Translations under genes and position numbers: made by a program
The notes under the pieces: generated by a model
What the model was told of the DNA's origin: nothing
The model's database searches: none
What the model saw: only the letters and a program-made list of their open reading frames with translations
NCBI GenBank assembly: GCA_937892945.1
Contig: CALBIL010000039.1
Coordinates: 89,125-153,124, forward strand
DNA length: 64,000 nucleotides
Direction: 5' to 3'
Source: an uncultured euryarchaeote
Lineage (GTDB): Archaea > Thermoplasmatota > Poseidoniia > Poseidoniales > Poseidoniaceae
Shown: positions 58,617-64,000 of the stretch, in pieces
Numbering within the stretch: the stretch's first letter is position 1
Layout of the letters: the number at the start of each line of letters is the position of its first letter

Positions 58617-58889
58617 CAAAAGACACCTTGTTCCTACGCTAGAGTCGCTTGTTGATAAAACCTACAGTCTGTGCCGCAATATAGTTACATTTAGTTACGC
58701 ATTTCCACTGGAGAAAGTTTCTTTTTACTTACATACAAGGCGAGAGGTGTGAAAAAAACACTCAAACGGTATATCAATTGTAACTATCAACTGATTTCTA
58801 CGGCAAGGGTTATATGAGCACCCTCGGTCATCTGTCTTAGTGGCCGAACTCCTTTGCGGGAAACGGCCTCATGACAGGAGGAGCAATAC

Positions 58890-59219
58890 ATGAAAACAAC
58901 CAGAATCAGAGAAAAGATCAAGAAATTCTTAGGAGATCGACCACGCAATACTGCTGAGATTTTGGAACATATCAACAGTACCATGCGTCATGGTACTACA
59001 AGTCAACAGCTTGGTAACGTTCTTTCTAAGGACAAGGATATCGTCAAGGTCGGATACATCAAGCGCTCTGGAATTCTTTCCGGGGGCTATGATATTTGTG
59101 AATGGGCTACTCGTATATGGGTTTCTTCAAATTGTCCTGGATGGCAAGAAGGAACGCCGATTATCATCGATAACGATGGCAACGTAACGACTGGCAACAG
59201 CACAAGCCGAATTCGTTGA
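58890..59219 (+). CDS. Small basic winged-helix protein (DUF3860-like)
   Basis: GGAGGA SD; NTAEILEHIN..RHG.TSQQLGNVL.KD..IVKVG pattern. Confidence 0.7.
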   Translation: MKTTRIREKIKKFLGDRPRNTAEILEHINSTMRHGTTSQQLGNVLSKDKDIVKVGYIKRSGILSGGYDICEWATRIWVSSNCPGWQEGTPIIIDNDGNVTTGNSTSRIR

Positions 59220-59303
59220 ACTCAAATCCTCGTTCAAAAACCTCTCCGAGGAATCTCTATCCACTAACGGGGGATTCAATAAGGGGAAGCATTTGGGCAC
59301 GCC

Positions 59304-60578
59304 ATGGATAACTTGGATAAGACTGAGAACTATACCGTCCGCGACATGAGTTTGGCTGAACAAGGTGCACTTCGTGTCGACTGGGCACGAGCTCGCATGC
59401 CTGTCATGGCAAAACTCAAGGAAGAAGCTGAACGTACCAAACCTCTTGCAGGAATGCGCGTCGCTGGTTGCCTTCACGTCACCAAAGAAACAGCAGTTCT
59501 GATCGAAACCATCGGTGCAGCAGGTGCTGAAATTTCATGGTCTGGATGTAACCCACTTTCAACACAAGATGATGTAGCCGCCTGGATTGCTTCTGAAGGA
59601 TACTCCGTCCACGCTTGGCACGGGCAATCCAATGACGATTTCTATTGGTGCATTGACCGAACTCTCGAATTCAAGCCTACGCTCACTCTTGACGATGGTG
59701 CAGATTTGATTGTCCGTGTTCACGGTGACAAATCTGAATACGCTGCTGGCGTTATCGGTGGAACTGAAGAAACAACAACAGGTGTTCACCGACTTCGTGC
59801 AATGGCTGCTGCTGGTGACCTTCGCTATCCAGTCCTTGCTGTCAACGATGCAGTCACGAAGTGGGACTTTGACAATGTTTACGGAACTGGTCAATCAACC
59901 ATTGACGGAATTCTACGTGCGACCTCGGTTCTCATCGCTGGAAAAACATTCGTTGTTTCAGGATACGGCCACTGTGGAAGTGGATTGGCAATGCGTGCCC
60001 GTGGAATGGGTGCAAATGTCGTCATAACAGAAGTAGACCCTCTCCCTGCGCTTCGAGCAGTTATGGAAGGCTACAGCGTCATGACTATGGAAGAGGCTGC
60101 TAAGATCGGAGATATCTTCTGCACCGCTACTGGAATGGAAGATGTCATCTTTGGTCCTCACTTTGATTCAATGAAAGACGGTGCAATCATCGCCAACACA
60201 GGTCACTATGATTGTGAAATCAAGATCACCGATCTGGAAGAGCGAGCAACCTCCGTTCGAACCATCCGTCCGAACAATGAGGAATTCCTCATGCCAGACG
60301 GTCGACGTATCTTCTTGCTTGCACGTGGTCGTTTAGTCAATCTCGCAGCAGCAGAAGGCCACCCATCAGAAGTGATGGATATGTCCTTTGCAAACCAATT
60401 CCTCTCACTTTGCCGCTTGGCAAAGGAAGGCGCTTCAATGGGCAAAGAAGTCTATGATATCACAAAGCAGCAAGACCAAGACTTGGCAACCACCAAACTT
60501 GAGACGCTCGGTTTCAGTATTGACGTACTGACCGATGCTCAACTTGCTTACCTTGACGACTACACTGTTGGTACGTGA
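59304..60578 (+). CDS. ahcY: Adenosylhomocysteinase
   Basis: GCLHVT, CNPLSTQD, DDGAD, EETTTG, FDNVYGTGQS, GRLVNL and GHPSEVMDMSF motifs. Confidence 0.97.
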   Translation: MDNLDKTENYTVRDMSLAEQGALRVDWARARMPVMAKLKEEAERTKPLAGMRVAGCLHVTKETAVLIETIGAAGAEISWSGCNPLSTQDDVAAWIASEGYSVHAWHGQSNDDFYWCIDRTLEFKPTLTLDDGADLIVRVHGDKSEYAAGVIGGTEETTTGVHRLRAMAAAGDLRYPVLAVNDAVTKWDFDNVYGTGQSTIDGILRATSVLIAGKTFVVSGYGHCGSGLAMRARGMGANVVITEVDPLPALRAVMEGYSVMTMEEAAKIGDIFCTATGMEDVIFGPHFDSMKDGAIIANTGHYDCEIKITDLEERATSVRTIRPNNEEFLMPDGRRIFLLARGRLVNLAAAEGHPSEVMDMSFANQFLSLCRLAKEGASMGKEVYDITKQQDQDLATTKLETLGFSIDVLTDAQLAYLDDYTVGT

Positions 60579-60767
60579 GTACGAGACTCTCGCTAACGTG
60601 AACGACCGTGTTCACTGACTTACCGTGCACTTCGATGCACCGTTGCTATGCCTTGAATCAGTGTAAGCATGGTGGAGCCTTCATCCCATGATTGGGATGT
60701 AATGGCGCTGGCTGGAAAAGCCGTAACCTTAGATTCTATTCTGATGGCAGTAACTCAACCCAACCAT

Positions 60768-63700
60768 TCAAACCCACTTCTTCCAGTTACCAGAGTCCCG
60801 GTCACGTACGAACCAAACTCCGCTTCCTGCAGGGTGCTCAAGATATTCGTGTCCATCTTCTGAATTTACGTTTCCTTGCATACTGGTGGCAGGGGCATTG
60901 TCGTCCGATTCTCTTTTGACTTCGTTTACAGTTTCCTCAGGTACATCTCTCATGGCAAGTTCTTGCTGTAAGAGTTCAGTTCGCTCAGCAGCATCTGTTG
61001 TACCAATGAGCCCGAAGTATGCATCGTTGTAAGCGATTCTTTCCATCTGTTCTGGACTGGTCGATAAGAGACCCTCAATCAGCGTGTTTAGCTTTTCACG
61101 AGTTTCCTTTGTAATCTCATTATTGGTGTAACGTGCGGTCAGGTCTGCATTTAATTGCAATAATTCTTCAGCGAGTGCCGGCATGTCTGCATAGTAGGCT
61201 TGGACTAACGATTGGAGATAGGTAAGTTCTCCTCGTTCTTCCTTGGAGAGTTGGTTTGAACGTCGAAGCACTTGCATCCATCTGAATGCATCTGGTAACA
61301 TGGCAGCCACAAAGTTTGTTTGCAACAGTGCGAAGAACGCCACCATGATCGCTCCAAATCCAACCGTCGTTCGAACAGAATCTGAGCCTCCAGACAGAAG
61401 AGAATCGATGAAGGATTGTTCTTCTTCATCCCCTTGAATGGACAATTCACAGCCTTCAACGGTCACTTGCGCGCCAAGTGTCGTGTTTGGACAAATATCC
61501 GTGAGGTCATCAATACCATCGCCATCACTGTCAATGATGCATCCAACATCGTCTACGTAGGTCCCAAGAGCGCTGTTTGGACATGCGTCTTCGGAATCGA
61601 GAACACCGTCACTATCGGAATCATTGGTATTGGTCGAATTCGAATCGTTCATTTCTCCCTGTGGGGTTTGGTCATAGATGTTAGCGATACCATCGCCATC
61701 ATCATCAAGACAACCATAGAATCCATCACCGGTTGAATTACCGAATTCCAAAGGACAGTGATCGGCAAGAAGTGCGCCATCAACAAATTGTCCTGGCCAG
61801 ATAAACAAACGCGAGGTGTTCCAAGAGCTGTTGCCCCAATTGTCGCCGTATCCATCGCCATCGGTGTCCACCCATTGTGTTGGTTCATTGAGGAAAGCAT
61901 CGGAGTTGTTACCCAGCGGGTTGTCTCCATAGCCATCTGCGTCGGTGTCGTTCCATTGAGTGGAATCATCAGGGAATGCATCGACTGTGTTCAGGTATCC
62001 GTCTGCGTCTGCATCGAGGTTATTGTCAATGAAAGGATGGCTGTCACTGTTGTCACCGATTCCATCGCCATCACTGTCCATTGTTTCAGTCGAGTCATTC
62101 GGGAAAGCATCAGCATTATCACCCACGCCATCGCCGTCAGAGTCCATTGATTCGGTAGCATCCAGTGGGTACATGTCGCTGTTATCGCCAACGCCATCGT
62201 CATCGCTGTCAAGGTGTTCCAGTGCGTTAAACGGGAAAGCATCACTCATGTTTGAGACACCATCTCCATCGTCATCAGGGCATCCTAAAGCATCCAAGGT
62301 GGAGTTTCCGGCCACAGACGGGCAGTCATCGGACTGATTCCCAAATGGGTTATCACCGTAGCCGTCCAAGTCAACGTCATCCCATTGACTTGAATCGAGT
62401 GGAAAGGCATCCCCGTTGTTTTCGTTCGAATTGTCGCCATACCCATCGCCATCGGTGTCCAACCATTGTGTGGCATCGTTTGGGAACACATCGACACCGT
62501 CGCTGTAGCCATCGCTGTCAGCATCTGGGCAACCAACTGCATCGTTTGTGACTGGACCAGCAACGAGAGGGCAATCGTCGTATTCATCATTGATGCCATC
62601 GCTGTCAAAGTCGTCCGGGAGGTAGAATCGGAATGCGTTGTTGATTTGGTGCTCAACCCCATCAACATCCCAAATGGAAGGAGTGACTGTACCTGCAGTT
62701 GCACTAAATTGTTCGGAAGTGTGGCCAGGTGTTGTCAGGACAATTGTGGTGTCGTTAACCACCGTTCCAATGACTGAACCGTATGAACCAAAGTCCACCC
62801 GTACTTCGTGCGTTTGAATCATACCTGTAGAACGATTCGCATACTTCAAATTCTTGTTGGTTGTGTCGTAATATGCAATGTGAACCATGTTATTGTCATC
62901 AACAACAATGTCATTTCCATAGCCTACGTCTCCAACGTTGTCGACAGTCATCGATTGGCGTGAGGTCCCTGGGGCCACCATACTGTAACCAAGGTTTGAG
63001 CCGCCATTGTATTCCGAAATGTGAACGATGTCGAATTGGTCAATGTACATGCTAAATGTGTCTCTTGAGTTCCCCTGGTTTGAAACAATCCAAGCCGAAC
63101 CGGAGGCACCGTCTGCAAAGTAGGCAGTATTTCCGGCAGCATTGGAGGCGTAAACAAGATGAAGTCCATCGTTCGAGTCAACAGCCATAGCGCTGTGATA
63201 GCCCACACCATTGCCGTTATCCACCGTGTACCGTTGCCATGTACCACTGATGTTTGAAGCAATCAACATGTCCATGTTGCCATGGTGTCTGTAGGCGACA
63301 TGGACAAAGCCGTTTGAGTCAATGGCAATGGAAGAGTCACAACCAATGTAGGTGCTTGTGTCATCCAAAGTGACCGTTGTCCATGAAGATCCGTCATGAT
63401 AGGATAACAGCGCGGCATTGCAGATGTATCCATCCCTTGAGTAGGAGATATGTGGCCGATCATTCGCATCAAGGGCTATGGAAATTTGGTCGTTCTCAAC
63501 ATTCGACTTACTCCAATTATTTGTCCATGATGTTCCATCATACATGGAATAGAGTAGGTAACCATTGTTGTAATGAGCGATATGAACATTGTCATTGCTG
63601 TCAATAACGAGGTCAATATTTCTACAATCACAATTCCTGATTTTCGCATGACTCCATGTGGAACCATCATAGGTGCTGTGCCATAATTCATCGCTATCCA

Positions 63701-63998
63701 AAATGACATGGACAATGTGAACTGTTCCATTTGAATCAACTCCGATGGAAGGGTCCCATCCGCTCGAAGTGACGTAGTTCACCGTGCTGGTGGTCCACGT
63801 GTAGGCCTCACCATCATGCGTGACGTTCTTGTATGCCATGTCAAGGAAGCCAGTTCCCGTGATGGTGATTTCTTCACCGCCATCAGTCGAGCCTAAATTT
63901 GGATTCACGGTCTTGGAAATCGTCGAATTCTTGATGGACGCCGATAAAAACGGATTATCTTCAACTTCTTGCGTTTTAAAATCGTTTATCTGTGCCGT
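60768..63998 (-). CDS. Surface protein with IPT/TIG-like and beta-propeller region, thrombospondin type-3 repeats and a C-terminal TM (5'-truncated)
   Basis: Frame stays open to the window edge. GGEEITITGTGF; repeated SIAxDSNxxxHIxY blades; many DxDxDGxGD/DAFPxD repeats; TM near the C-terminus. Confidence 0.85.
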   Translation of the reverse strand, partial: TAQINDFKTQEVEDNPFLSASIKNSTISKTVNPNLGSTDGGEEITITGTGFLDMAYKNVTHDGEAYTWTTSTVNYVTSSGWDPSIGVDSNGTVHIVHVILDSDELWHSTYDGSTWSHAKIRNCDCRNIDLVIDSNDNVHIAHYNNGYLLYSMYDGTSWTNNWSKSNVENDQISIALDANDRPHISYSRDGYICNAALLSYHDGSSWTTVTLDDTSTYIGCDSSIAIDSNGFVHVAYRHHGNMDMLIASNISGTWQRYTVDNGNGVGYHSAMAVDSNDGLHLVYASNAAGNTAYFADGASGSAWIVSNQGNSRDTFSMYIDQFDIVHISEYNGGSNLGYSMVAPGTSRQSMTVDNVGDVGYGNDIVVDDNNMVHIAYYDTTNKNLKYANRSTGMIQTHEVRVDFGSYGSVIGTVVNDTTIVLTTPGHTSEQFSATAGTVTPSIWDVDGVEHQINNAFRFYLPDDFDSDGINDEYDDCPLVAGPVTNDAVGCPDADSDGYSDGVDVFPNDATQWLDTDGDGYGDNSNENNGDAFPLDSSQWDDVDLDGYGDNPFGNQSDDCPSVAGNSTLDALGCPDDDGDGVSNMSDAFPFNALEHLDSDDDGVGDNSDMYPLDATESMDSDGDGVGDNADAFPNDSTETMDSDGDGIGDNSDSHPFIDNNLDADADGYLNTVDAFPDDSTQWNDTDADGYGDNPLGNNSDAFLNEPTQWVDTDGDGYGDNWGNSSWNTSRLFIWPGQFVDGALLADHCPLEFGNSTGDGFYGCLDDDGDGIANIYDQTPQGEMNDSNSTNTNDSDSDGVLDSEDACPNSALGTYVDDVGCIIDSDGDGIDDLTDICPNTTLGAQVTVEGCELSIQGDEEEQSFIDSLLSGGSDSVRTTVGFGAIMVAFFALLQTNFVAAMLPDAFRWMQVLRRSNQLSKEERGELTYLQSLVQAYYADMPALAEELLQLNADLTARYTNNEITKETREKLNTLIEGLLSTSPEQMERIAYNDAYFGLIGTTDAAERTELLQQELAMRDVPEETVNEVKRESDDNAPATSMQGNVNSEDGHEYLEHPAGSGVWFVRDRDSGNWKKWV
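61470..62620 (-). repeat. Intragenic TSP3-like Ca-binding repeats (DxDGDGxGDNxDAFP)
   Basis: Degenerate tandem peptide repeats in the surface protein. Confidence 0.75.
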
Positions 63999-64000
63999 TG

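Noticed and set aside
61470-62620. Repetitive DNA resembling a CRISPR or tandem array
   Set aside because: The repeats are degenerate, codon-phased TSP3 peptide repeats, with no constant repeat-spacer structure and no cas genes.
1-64000. tRNA, rRNA, transposase, integrase or defence-system genes
   Set aside because: No cloverleaf, rRNA signature or relevant catalytic motifs were recognised in any intergenic region or ORF.

Overview
This window is a compact, gene-dense archaeal chromosome segment. It has orc1/cdc6, a thermosome, cdc48, a PRC-barrel protein, a TrmB regulator, a DUF359 dephospho-CoA kinase and pyrBI, mixed with many bacterial-type enzymes. That mixture, plus acidic TSP3-repeat surface proteins, is most consistent with Marine Group II Euryarchaeota (Ca. 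Poseidoniales); this assignment is an inference from gene content. I found about 50 CDS and no rRNA, tRNA, CRISPR array or transposase. Most noteworthy observations: (1) an unassigned, highly base-paired ~265-nt intergenic element at 55790-56054 that fits no RNase P, SRP or tRNA consensus I can recognise, between a large wHTH protein gene and the CoA-biosynthesis fusion gene. (2) A Roadblock/LC7 protein + DUF2226/PATAN-like + long coiled-coil protein + membrane-peptide operon at 24733-28514, behind a repeat-rich promoter. (3) A light/oxidative-stress cluster at ~37-50.5 kb with crtB, two photolyase classes, bacterial ribA, Nei, and an atypical peroxiredoxin coupled to a TrmB-V4R-like regulator. 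(4) A candidate oriC upstream of cdc6 and dispersed ORB-like motifs. (5) A possible tRNA-Thr anticodon-mimic hairpin in front of thrS. All family assignments come from recognising motifs by eye, not from database searches.
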